Assembly (NCBI GenBank): GCA_963750165.1
Contig: CAVVPN010000012.1
Coordinates: 1,088,001-1,152,000 of the forward strand
DNA: 64,000 nt
DNA from: an uncultured Gemmataceae bacterium
Lineage (GTDB): Bacteria; Planctomycetota; Planctomycetia; Gemmatales; Gemmataceae
Reading direction: 5' to 3'
The translations under genes were made by a program, and so were the position numbers. Below the pieces are notes generated by a model, which saw only the letters and a program-made list of their open reading frames with translations, was not told the DNA's origin and searched no databases. This document shows positions 51,341 through 59,957 of this stretch, in pieces; within the stretch, counting starts at the first letter, position 1, and each line of letters begins with the position of its first letter.

Positions 51341-52771
51341 TCACGCGCTGCCGCTGACGGCCTTCAGGTCCGCCCGCTGGCCCTCATACGTCTCCGCGAA
51401 CGCCAGCGCCTTCGCGTCCGGCTCCACGCCCCAGGCCCGGCACGCCTGCCGATAAATCGCCGGCCACCAGTTCTCGTGTCGCGTTAGCCCCTGGTCGCGC
51501 ACCGCCTGCCAGTTGCTCAGGATTTTCGACCAGCAGCGGTCGCCGTAGTCCAGCGCCTCCTTGCGGTCGCCGATCTGCGGGATGTACCAGGCGCGGCCCA
51601 GCTGCGCGTGCAGCACCTCATCGGCCCAGTCGAAATCCTGAAGCGTCGCCATCAGCGGCAGCCCTGACTCCTGCGCCACCTCCCACTCGTAGCGCTTGCC
51701 GGTGCGGGTCATCAATCCCTGCTCGATAAAGTACAGCACCGCGTGCCGCTCGATCGGCGTGCATTCCGTGTTCAGCCGCAGCGACCAGTTGTGCGTGATC
51801 CGCGCCTGCGTCCAGTCCACGCCCAGCGCCATGAACCCGACCTCGCCCATCATGGCGTGGCGGGCCTCGTCCCACAGCTGCCGCGACATCGCCAGGTAGT
51901 AGTCCCAGGGTTGGCCCTTCGTCTCGGTGATGATGCTCGCCATCATCTCCGGCACGTCGATCTCGCGCAGCCGCTTGTACAGCATCATCAGCGCCTTGGC
52001 CTGCGGCTCGTACTCCGGGTTGTACAGGAACGACTCCGCGTTGACGCCCTGGTTGTACAGGTCCTGCCAGCGCTCGTCGCGCCGCGGCACCGGGTCGTAG
52101 ACGTAGGGCGTCGCCGAGTACACACGGGCCGGCGCCGTTCCGGTCGGCGCGGTGCCGTCCAAACCGCCCGCGGCGTCCAGACATTGGCCCAGCAGCGCCA
52201 GCCAGTCGGCCAGTTGCCGGCGCGTCGCGGCGTCCACCAGGCAGGCGATGGACTGGCGGCCCAGCGCGATCATGTCCGCCAGCTCCAGCCGGGCGAAGCG
52301 CAGCGTGCGCCGCGAAGGGGCGTCGGTCAGCGGGTTGGTGTCGGCCTGGTAGCGCGCCAGCGCCGCGTCCAGGGCCGGCAGCGCCTGTTCGTAGACGCCG
52401 AGCAGCAGGGCCGCCGTCGTCGGCGCCGCGAGGATTTCATCGAAGAACACGGCCAGCGCCTCATGCGGCACCTCTTCCAGTCCCAGCGGCGGCTCGCGCA
52501 TCTCGCCGATGCGCGTCCGCAGCGCCTGCACGTGCTCGGCACACAGGTACGCATGGTGCGAAAAGCCCGTTTTTAACTCGTAAATGGGCTCCGCGGTGAT
52601 GCGCGCCGTCAGGATTTGATGCAGCCGCTGCCCGGCATAGTGGAAGCGCTTCAGGCGCGCGACGCACGCCTCGACACCCAGGCCAGTCCGGGCGGCGTCC
52701 TCAATGCTCGCCAGCCCTGCCAGCGTCGGCAGTCCGTGGTAGGAGGGTTGAGGGGTAGTTGTGGTGGTCAT
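51341..52771 (-). CDS. Ferritin-like diiron protein (DUF455-like)
   Basis: E...DEARH...E...DEVLH ligand pattern in the C-terminal half. Confidence 0.7.
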   Translation of the reverse strand: MTTTTTPQPSYHGLPTLAGLASIEDAARTGLGVEACVARLKRFHYAGQRLHQILTARITAEPIYELKTGFSHHAYLCAEHVQALRTRIGEMREPPLGLEEVPHEALAVFFDEILAAPTTAALLLGVYEQALPALDAALARYQADTNPLTDAPSRRTLRFARLELADMIALGRQSIACLVDAATRRQLADWLALLGQCLDAAGGLDGTAPTGTAPARVYSATPYVYDPVPRRDERWQDLYNQGVNAESFLYNPEYEPQAKALMMLYKRLREIDVPEMMASIITETKGQPWDYYLAMSRQLWDEARHAMMGEVGFMALGVDWTQARITHNWSLRLNTECTPIERHAVLYFIEQGLMTRTGKRYEWEVAQESGLPLMATLQDFDWADEVLHAQLGRAWYIPQIGDRKEALDYGDRCWSKILSNWQAVRDQGLTRHENWWPAIYRQACRAWGVEPDAKALAFAETYEGQRADLKAVSGSA

Positions 52772-52803
52772 GGCTCGTCTCCGGGTTGCGCGGGTCGAGC
52801 CCT

Positions 52804-52809
52804 ATTATA
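52804..52809 (-). promoter_or_regulatory. Putative -10 box (TATAAT) for the ferritin-like gene
   Basis: Consensus TATAAT ~33 bp upstream of the ATG in GC-rich DNA. Confidence 0.5.
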
Positions 52810-52850
52810 GCCGCCACCGGTTCGCTCTGCCCAGCCAGGAGCGCGGCGTT

Positions 52851-53016
52851 CCTCGTTCAGGCAGGACGAGACCTTGGGGGTAAGAGCGAGCAACCAACCC
52901 ACACTATCCGAGTTCACCCACATGGACGGAAGTCCAACTTGCGGGTAAATCTCCTCCGGCCGCTCGCCTGACGCCCCAGCGATAGTGGCCTGGGGTTCCG
53001 TTCTTCCTCTTGCGAG
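52851..53016 (-). ncRNA. ssrS: Probable 6S RNA
   Basis: Rod-like fold with G-U pairs on the minus strand (gcgagcggccgg/ttggttgctcgc; gagatttacccgc/gtgggtgaactc), internal loops, closing stem; intergenic. Confidence 0.6.
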
Positions 53017-53027
53017 GCAATCAACTC

Positions 53028-54458
53028 ATGGCAATGCCCTCTTCTGTGCGGCGGGTCGGTGTCGCTGGCGTCGTGTTGTTGCTGCCGCCGCTGCTGGCCA
53101 TCGGCCTGGCGACCCCGGTCGCCCAGGACAAACCGGTCGCGGCGGCGCACCGCGTCAGCAAGATCACCGGCCCGGACGTGAAATCGGCGGCGGAAGTCTC
53201 GGTCGCGATCAACCCGACCAACCCGGACCACCTCGTGGCCGTGTCCATCCAGTACGGCAAACCGGGTACGACCAATTTCTCCTACGCCTCGACCGACGGC
53301 GGCCGCACCTGGAAACAGGCCGACCTGCCCAATCCGCGGAAGCTCGTCCAGGGCGACGACGTGGTCACCTTCACCGCCGACGGCCTGGCGGTGCGCACCT
53401 ACATCGCCTTCCGCGGCAACCGTGGGGAACGGCCGGCGCAGGCCGACAGCGGCATCCTGATCCGCACCTCGCGCGACGGCCTGACCTGGGGCGCGCCCGC
53501 CGCCGCCGTGGAGCACATCAACACCTCGCGGCCGTTCGAGGACAAGCCGTGGATCAAGGCGGACACCGTCAAGGGCTCGCAGCACCGGGGCAACCTGTAC
53601 GTCGCCTGGACGAAGTTCGACGTGTACGGCAGCAAGAAGCCCGAGGACAAATCGCACATTTACTTCTCGCGCTCGAAGGACGGCGGCAAGACGTTCATGG
53701 TGCCGCTGCGCATCTCCGAAAAACCCGGCAACTGTGTCGATGACAGCAACACCGTGGAGGGGGCGTGTCCGGCGGTGGGGCCGAAGGGTGAGGTTCACGT
53801 CGTCTGGGCGGGGCCGCAGGGGCTGGTGTTCACGACCTCGAAGGATGGCGGGTTCCAATTCGGCAAGAACCATTACCTCGGCGAGCTGGCCGGCTGGGAC
53901 TTCGCGGTGGCGGGGCTGGGCCGGGCCAACGGGCTGCCGTCGTGCGGCGTGGACGTGAGCGGCGGCAAGGATCGCGGCAGCATCTACGTCTGCTGGGGCG
54001 ACCGGCGCAACGGCGACCCGGACGTATTCCTGATGGCTTCGCGCGACGGCGGCGCCACCTGGTCGAAGCCGCTGCGCGTCAACGACAACGCGCTGAAGAA
54101 CGGCAAGGAACAGTTCTTTCCGTGGCTGGTGGTTGATCCGGCGGACGGATCGCTGAACATCGCGTTCTATGACCGCCGCGGCCTGGACGGGGCGAACACG
54201 GGGCTGACGCTGGCGCGGAGCGTGGACGGCGGCCGCATGTTCGTCAACCACAAGGTTGAGCAGCCGCCGTTCGACTGCCCCAAGAAGGGCAAATTCTTCG
54301 GCGACTACCTCGGCATTGACGCGGTGGGCGGCCGCGTGGCGGTGGCGTACATGCACTACGTCGAGGGCAACAATGTGGCGCTGTCGGCGGCGGTGTTCGA
54401 CTTCGAACCGGGCACGCAGAAGGCGCGGGTGGCGAAGCAGGGCGACAAGGAGAAATGA
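53028..54458 (+). CDS. BNR/Asp-box (sialidase-like) secreted protein
   Basis: Repeated SxDGGxT(W/F) boxes, EDKPW, GDYLG. Confidence 0.88.
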   Translation: MAMPSSVRRVGVAGVVLLLPPLLAIGLATPVAQDKPVAAAHRVSKITGPDVKSAAEVSVAINPTNPDHLVAVSIQYGKPGTTNFSYASTDGGRTWKQADLPNPRKLVQGDDVVTFTADGLAVRTYIAFRGNRGERPAQADSGILIRTSRDGLTWGAPAAAVEHINTSRPFEDKPWIKADTVKGSQHRGNLYVAWTKFDVYGSKKPEDKSHIYFSRSKDGGKTFMVPLRISEKPGNCVDDSNTVEGACPAVGPKGEVHVVWAGPQGLVFTTSKDGGFQFGKNHYLGELAGWDFAVAGLGRANGLPSCGVDVSGGKDRGSIYVCWGDRRNGDPDVFLMASRDGGATWSKPLRVNDNALKNGKEQFFPWLVVDPADGSLNIAFYDRRGLDGANTGLTLARSVDGGRMFVNHKVEQPPFDCPKKGKFFGDYLGIDAVGGRVAVAYMHYVEGNNVALSAAVFDFEPGTQKARVAKQGDKEK

Positions 54459-54754
54459 ATCGTTTTGCCTGCGACTTCATGCGGCATGCCGGGCGATTTA
54501 TAACGACGTGGATGGGAGGGCGGACCCACGTCACGCGGGTGCGGCCCGGCAGCGCCTGCGCCCTGGCTGGCGTCAAGGCGGGCGACATCATCACCGCCAT
54601 CGACAAGGCCGAACCCGCTTCGGCCGAGGAGTTCCGCAGCCGTCTGCGCCGGGCGACGGTCCAGGGGCAGGCCGCCCTGTCCGTCCGCCGCGGTAACCAG
54701 GATCTCCAGGTTCAGGTCAAGTTCGCCAGGCGCGGCGCGAACGGAGCCAATTGA
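54455..54754 (+). CDS. Stand-alone PDZ-domain ORF or fragment
   Basis: VTRVRPGSACALAGVKAGDIITAID...VRRG. Confidence 0.6.
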   Translation: MNRFACDFMRHAGRFITTWMGGRTHVTRVRPGSACALAGVKAGDIITAIDKAEPASAEEFRSRLRRATVQGQAALSVRRGNQDLQVQVKFARRGANGAN

Positions 54755-54849
54755 CAGATTCAGGCCGCCCGTACCGCGCAGCCCCGGCCGTCGCTTTGCT
54801 ATCATCATGATGTAGCGGGTTGGCATTCGCGGCGGGGAGTTGGCAGCGC

Positions 54850-56280
54850 ATGGCGACGACAGTCCCACCACCAACGGATTTATCCTCGGCCGCCGCGCTG
54901 GTCGAGGAGTTGCCGCCGCACGTGTGGTCCGTGGACGCGCTACGGCGGCTGGCCCACCTGCCGCACGCCGTCTGTCTCGACAGCGTCATGCCGCACGCCA
55001 CGTTGGGCCGCTACTCCTTCGTCAGCGCCGATCCGTTCGACTGGCTGCAATCCCGCGGCACGACTGCCGGCGACCCATTCGCACTGCTGGCGGAGCGGCT
55101 GCGGCGCTGGCGGACGGCGACGCTGCCGGACCTGCCACCGTTCCAGGGCGGCGCCGCCGGCCTGTTCGGCTACGACCTGTGCCACCACCTCGAACGTCTG
55201 CCGCGGCCGCGCTGCGATGACTTCACGGTCCCGGACCTGGCCGTCGGTTTTTATGATTGGGTGCTGGCCTTCGATCACGAACACCGCCGCGGCTGGCTGA
55301 TCTCGACCGGCCTCCCCGAGCTGGAGCCGGGCCGCCGCCGGCAACGGGCCGAGAAGCGCCTGCGCGCCGTGAAGCGGCTGCTGCTCGAGGAGCCACGGCC
55401 CACGGCGTGGCGCTGGCAGGAGCCGCAGCCGCTGCGGGCGCCGCAGTTCGCGGTGCCGGGCCGTCCCGGCGTCACCAGCACGTTTGACCGCGCCGGCTAT
55501 CTGGCCGCGGCACAGCGGGCCATCGACTACATCCACGCCGGCGACTGCTTTCAGGTCAACCTGGCACAGCGCCTGTTGACGCCGGCACGGCTGCCGCCGC
55601 TGGAACTGTACACGCGGCTGCGGCAGTGTAACGCCGCGCCGTTCGCGGGCTATTTTGACCTGGGCGAGTTCCAGATCCTCAGCGCCTCGCCAGAGCGCTT
55701 TCTGCATGTCGCCGGCGGCGAGGTCGAGACGCGGCCGATCAAGGGCACACGGCCCTGCGGCGCCACGCCCGCTGAAGACCAACGCCGCGTCGCGGAGTTG
55801 GTCGGCAGCGCCAAGGACCGGGCCGAGAACGTCATGATCGTGGACCTGCTGCGCAACGACCTGGGCCGCGTTTGCGAATATGGCAGCGTGTGCGTGCCCG
55901 AGGTGTGCGGCGTGGAGACGTACCGTTACGTGCATCATCTGGTGTCGGAGGTGCGCGGCCGACTGCGGCCGGGGCTGGGACCGGTGGACCTGCTGCGGGC
56001 GGCGTTCCCGGGCGGCTCGGTCACGGGCGCGCCGAAGATTCGCGCCATGGAAATCATCGCGGAACTGGAGCCGGTGAGTCGCGGCCCGTACTGCGGCAGT
56101 CTCGGCTACCTCGGCTTTGACGGCGGCATGGATACAAATATTTTGATCCGCACGCTGACGCAGGGCCGCGGCTGGGTGCAGTTCCCGGTAGGCGGCGGCA
56201 TTGTCGCGGACTCGACGCCGGAGGTCGAGTCCGCGGAAACCTGGCACAAGGCCGAGGGACTGCTCAGGGCGCTGGCATGA
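54850..56280 (+). CDS. pabB: Aminodeoxychorismate synthase component I
   Basis: SPERF, RPIKGT (PabB-type K), AENVMIVDLLRNDLG, FPGGSVTGAPK. Confidence 0.9.
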   Translation: MATTVPPPTDLSSAAALVEELPPHVWSVDALRRLAHLPHAVCLDSVMPHATLGRYSFVSADPFDWLQSRGTTAGDPFALLAERLRRWRTATLPDLPPFQGGAAGLFGYDLCHHLERLPRPRCDDFTVPDLAVGFYDWVLAFDHEHRRGWLISTGLPELEPGRRRQRAEKRLRAVKRLLLEEPRPTAWRWQEPQPLRAPQFAVPGRPGVTSTFDRAGYLAAAQRAIDYIHAGDCFQVNLAQRLLTPARLPPLELYTRLRQCNAAPFAGYFDLGEFQILSASPERFLHVAGGEVETRPIKGTRPCGATPAEDQRRVAELVGSAKDRAENVMIVDLLRNDLGRVCEYGSVCVPEVCGVETYRYVHHLVSEVRGRLRPGLGPVDLLRAAFPGGSVTGAPKIRAMEIIAELEPVSRGPYCGSLGYLGFDGGMDTNILIRTLTQGRGWVQFPVGGGIVADSTPEVESAETWHKAEGLLRALA

Positions 56281-56852
56281 TCCTCGAAGGCATTGTCACG
56301 ACGGTTGGCCCTGACGGCGGCGTCAACGTCGCGCCGATGGGGCCGCGTGTCGAGCCGGGGCCGCTGCGGTCCTTGCTGCTGCGACCGTTCCGAACGGCCC
56401 AGACCTACCGCAATCTCAAGCACCACGGCGAGGGCGTGCTGCACGTGACCGACGATGTGCTGCTGCTGGCCCGCGCCGCCCTGGGGGCGCTGGAGCCGCC
56501 ACCATTGCGGCCGGCGCAGCGCGTGCGTGGCTTCGTGCTGGCGGACGCCTGCCGGGCGTATGAATTCCGCGTCACCGCCTGGGATGAGAGCGGCGAGCGC
56601 GTCGGCATCACGGCGGAGGTCGTTCACGCCGAAACGCTGCGCGACTTCTTCGGCTTCAACCGGGCCAAGCATGCGGTGGTCGAGGCGGCCATCCTGGCGA
56701 CGCGCACGGACTTTCTGCCGCTGGCGGACATCGAGGCGGAGTACCGCAAGCTGGCGGTGCTGGTCGAGAAGACCGGCGGCGAGCAGGAGCGGGCGGCGTT
56801 CGCCTTCCTGCAAGCGCACCTGGTGCGGGTGGCGGCGCGGCCTAGCGCTTGA
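56277..56852 (+). CDS. DUF447 family protein
   Basis: MILEGIVTT...NVAPMG...FNRAKHAVVEAAILATR; ATGA overlap with pabB. Confidence 0.85.
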   Translation: MILEGIVTTVGPDGGVNVAPMGPRVEPGPLRSLLLRPFRTAQTYRNLKHHGEGVLHVTDDVLLLARAALGALEPPPLRPAQRVRGFVLADACRAYEFRVTAWDESGERVGITAEVVHAETLRDFFGFNRAKHAVVEAAILATRTDFLPLADIEAEYRKLAVLVEKTGGEQERAAFAFLQAHLVRVAARPSA

Positions 56853-56954
56853 TGGGCGCGGCACCGGGTCAGTGGCGAACGGCCAGTCGGTGGGCTGGTA
56901 GCGAATCTCCAGGTGCGGCGTGAGCACGACGCGGTGCTTCTCGTTCCGGCTATC

Positions 56955-57200
56955 TGGAGCGGTTCCCGCGCGGCTCGTGCAGGGGTGGTGGGACGGCTGG
57001 CACGGCGCGACCACCACTGGCCACGGCTGCCACAGCAAGGGGGCCAAGGAGGCCAAGGGGGCCAACTTTTTCACACGTCGAGATGCGGCGCCCTGGCCCC
57101 GCGCGGCTGGCACGGCGCGACCACCACTGGCCACGGCTGCCACAGCAAGAACGCCAAGGACGCCAAGAACGCCAACTTTTTCACACGTCGAGAATCGGCG
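56955..57200. repeat. Inverted copy of the 110-bp tandem repeat element seen at 47412-47696
   Basis: tggagcggttccc end; unit starts at 56995 and 57105; aagaacgccaaggacgccaagaacgccaactttttca. Confidence 0.8.
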
Positions 57201-57261
57201 CCTCTGGCTCACGATTAAACGGGACGAGAGCGGTTCGCAGACGACTGTAGCGGTCGTGTCT

Positions 57262-57471
57262 TTCGCCCCGAAGGAGCGGGACAACTTAGCCCAGGGCAAC
57301 GCCCTGGGAACCAGGGAGGCGACTGTTACCCTGCTTTCTTCCGTGCCCTGAAGGGGCACACAACAACGCTTGGGGTGCCCCTTCAGGGCACGGAAGAGAG
57401 AAGAGGGGGGGTCGCATCGGCGTCCCCAGGGCGTTGCCCTGGGCTAAGTTGTCCCGCCCCTGCGGGGCGAA
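57262..57471. repeat. 210-bp nested palindrome (REP-like, cccagggcaacgccctggg class)
   Basis: ttcgccccg...cccagggcaacgccctggg...gccctgaaggggcac / gtgccccttcagggc...cccagggcgttgccctggg...cggggcgaa. Confidence 0.85.
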
Positions 57472-57601
57472 GAACCCACCACACCCGAACGCAACGCGCT
57501 GCTCTGTAAATAGGCCGCATTCCTGATGGTACGTTCAGTGGTTGCGGCCATTTTCATGAACTCTGGGTGAACCCCAGTTCATGACGACTCTAATTGAATT
57601 A

Positions 57602-58654
57602 CTACTTCACCTCAAACATCGCGAACCGCCGCGACCGCTGCACCACCTGCCCCTGCTCCGTCGCCGTCACGAACAGCGCCGCGGCATCATCCATCGTTTC
57701 GACCAGCTTCAGCCCGCGCTCCGGCCCGAGCACGCACAGCGCCCCCGCCCAGCCGTCCGCCGTGCGGCCGTTCGACATCACCACCGTCACACTGCCGCGC
57801 CGCACCAGGCCCAACCCCGTCTTCACGTCCACGTGATGGCCGTAGCGCTTGCCGTCGATCTCGACATACTGCTCCGTGTCGCCGGACGTGGACACCCCCG
57901 CATTCCGCAGCAGCACGAACGTCTTCGGCGGCGTCGTCGGCTTCTCCAGCGGCGCGACGCCGATCTTCCAGCCCTTTGCAGCTGGCGGCGGGTCGCCGAC
58001 CACGATGTCGCCGCCGGCCGCCACCAGCGCCTGGGTGATGCCGAGCTGCCGCAGCAGCGCTAACAGCATTTCCGCCGCGTAGCCCTTGGCGATGCCGCCC
58101 AGGTCCAGCAGCATACCGGTCAGCGTCAACTGCACCGTCTGGTCCTTTGCGTTCAGCTTGATCTTGCGGTAATCGACCAGCGCCAGCGCCTTGCGCAGCT
58201 CGTCCGCGGGCGGCAGTTGCTGCGTGCGCCGGGCGAACCGCCACAGCTTCACGACCGGGCCGCAACTCACGTCAAAGGCGCCGTCCGACCACTCCGAGAT
58301 GCGCTGGGCCCGCTCCAGCACCTTGAACAGGTCCGGGCTGACCTTCACTGGGTCGCCGCCGGCCTTTCGGCACAGTCGCATCAGTTCGCTGTCCTTCTTG
58401 TAATCGCTCATGATCTGGTCGAGTTCCGCGGCACGCGCGAAGGCCGCTTTGGCCGCCTTCTCCGCGGTCGCTCGGTCCTTCGCGTAGAACACCAGGCGGA
58501 ACGTCGTGCCCATGTGCGGCTGCTTGAACTCGAAGCGCTCCGCCGCCTGGGACGTGGGGCAGACATTCCTGTTTGCCGGAAGTTTGGCAGACAGGAATGT
58601 CTGTCCCACGCAGGGCAATGTCAGTCCCAGGCAGCACACGACGATTTTGCGCAT
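57602..58654 (-). CDS. apbE: FAD:protein FMN transferase
   Basis: MGT, GAFD, DLGGIAKG, GGD, TSGD, GHHVD, ADG motifs. Confidence 0.92.
   Translation of the reverse strand: MRKIVVCCLGLTLPCVGQTFLSAKLPANRNVCPTSQAAERFEFKQPHMGTTFRLVFYAKDRATAEKAAKAAFARAAELDQIMSDYKKDSELMRLCRKAGGDPVKVSPDLFKVLERAQRISEWSDGAFDVSCGPVVKLWRFARRTQQLPPADELRKALALVDYRKIKLNAKDQTVQLTLTGMLLDLGGIAKGYAAEMLLALLRQLGITQALVAAGGDIVVGDPPPAAKGWKIGVAPLEKPTTPPKTFVLLRNAGVSTSGDTEQYVEIDGKRYGHHVDVKTGLGLVRRGSVTVVMSNGRTADGWAGALCVLGPERGLKLVETMDDAAALFVTATEQGQVVQRSRRFAMFEVK
58553..58610. repeat. REP doublet inside the apbE coding sequence
   Basis: cgtggggcagacattcctgtttgcc...ggcagacaggaatgtctgtcccacg; same family at 59881-59937. Confidence 0.85.
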
Positions 58655-58713
58655 GGTCAGGCACCCGGCTGGCGATTACACTTCCTCAGGAGAATACCTG
58701 GAGAGTACCACAG

Positions 58714-59757
58714 ATGCGCCGCACATTACAGCACCCGTTCGCCTGCTGTCTGCTCGCCGTGACCGCGGCTGCTCTCGGTCTGGGCGCGCCGATGTTCCCC
58801 GGGCAGGTGGACCTGAAAAAACTGCCGATCATCAAGGCGAAGACGCACAGGGATTACGTCGAAACCATCGCCGGCACCAAGGTCAGTTTCAAGATGGCCG
58901 CGATCCCCGGCGGCACCTACCGGATGGGCAGCCCCGCCAACGAACCGGGCCGCAAGGCCGACGAGGGGCCGCAGCATCCCGTCACGGTCAAGCCGTTCTG
59001 GATGGGCAGGACCGAGGTCACCTGGGACGAGTATGACCTCTACTGGAAGAAGCGCAAGGGACCGCCGAACCCCGATCCGACCGAACGCGACAAGACCGCC
59101 GACGCCGTGACCCGGCCGACACCCCCCTATGACGACGAAACCTTCGGCCACGGCCGCAAGGGCCACCCGGTCCTCTGCATCACCCACCACGCCGCGATGG
59201 AGTATTGCCGTTGGCTGTCCGCCAAGACCGGCAAGACGTATCGGCTGCCGACCGAGGCGGAATGGGAATGGGCCTGTCGCGCCGGCACCACGACGCCGTG
59301 GAGCTGCGGCGCCGACCCGGCCAGGCTGGACGATGTGGCCTGGTACAACAAGAACGCGGAGAACGTCGCGCACAAGGTCGGTCAGAAGCAGGCCAATCCG
59401 TGGGGCCTGCTCGACATGCACGGCAACGTCGCGGAATGGTGCGTCGATCACTACTTCAAGGACGGCTACAAGAAGTTCCCGCTCGACAAACCATTTCTGC
59501 AGCCGGTGGAGCTGCCGACGGACGCCCGCTATTCCTACGTGGTGCGCGGCGGTAGCTGGGCGGACCCGCCGGCGATGCTGCGCAGCGCCACCCGCCGTGG
59601 CTCCAACAAGGACTGGCTGCGCCGCGATCCGCAGCGGCCGCAGAGCATCTGGTGGATGACTGACGCGGATTTCGTCGGCTTCCGTGTCGTCTGCCCCGTC
59701 GAGGAGCAGGAAAACCTCAAGGGACTGCGTTCCAAGGTGACGCGGCAGAGCGATTAA
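58714..59757 (+). CDS. FGE-sulfatase (SUMF1-like) domain protein
   Basis: DEGPQH, TEVT, RLPTEAEWE, NPWGLLDMHGNVAEW, RGGSW, GFRV. Confidence 0.92.
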   Translation: MRRTLQHPFACCLLAVTAAALGLGAPMFPGQVDLKKLPIIKAKTHRDYVETIAGTKVSFKMAAIPGGTYRMGSPANEPGRKADEGPQHPVTVKPFWMGRTEVTWDEYDLYWKKRKGPPNPDPTERDKTADAVTRPTPPYDDETFGHGRKGHPVLCITHHAAMEYCRWLSAKTGKTYRLPTEAEWEWACRAGTTTPWSCGADPARLDDVAWYNKNAENVAHKVGQKQANPWGLLDMHGNVAEWCVDHYFKDGYKKFPLDKPFLQPVELPTDARYSYVVRGGSWADPPAMLRSATRRGSNKDWLRRDPQRPQSIWWMTDADFVGFRVVCPVEEQENLKGLRSKVTRQSD

Positions 59758-59879
59758 AGCGGTTCACAGCCGCGTGGATCACGCCCCGTAGGACGGCTCT
59801 CCAGAGCGGTCTCCGAGACAAGGACGGCTCTGGAGAGCCGTCCCACAGGCTGTGCGCAAACCAAGTGTGAACCGCTCCA
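59755..59879. mobile_element. TA(A/G)AGCGGTT-family element with a REP-like palindrome
   Basis: Ends and internal gacggctctccagagc/gacggctctggagagccgtcccac shared with 7964-8088. Confidence 0.8.
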
Positions 59880-59880
59880 A

Positions 59881-59937
59881 GTGGGGCAGACAGAAATGTC
59901 TGCCGGTGAGGTTGGCAGACAGGAATGTCTGCCCCAC
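59881..59937. repeat. REP doublet (gtggggcagaca class)
   Basis: gtggggcagacagaaatgtctgcc...ggcagacaggaatgtctgccccac. Confidence 0.85.
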
Positions 59938-59957
59938 GTCCGGATTGAAAGCACAGC

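Noticed and set aside
51341..52771. CADD-like self-sacrificing pABA synthase linked to pabB
   Set aside because: Motifs are ferritin-type ExxH, the gene is not in the pabB operon, and canonical PabB is present
58714..59757. FGE-type domain as a diversity-generating retroelement target
   Set aside because: No template repeat or reverse transcriptase seen in the window
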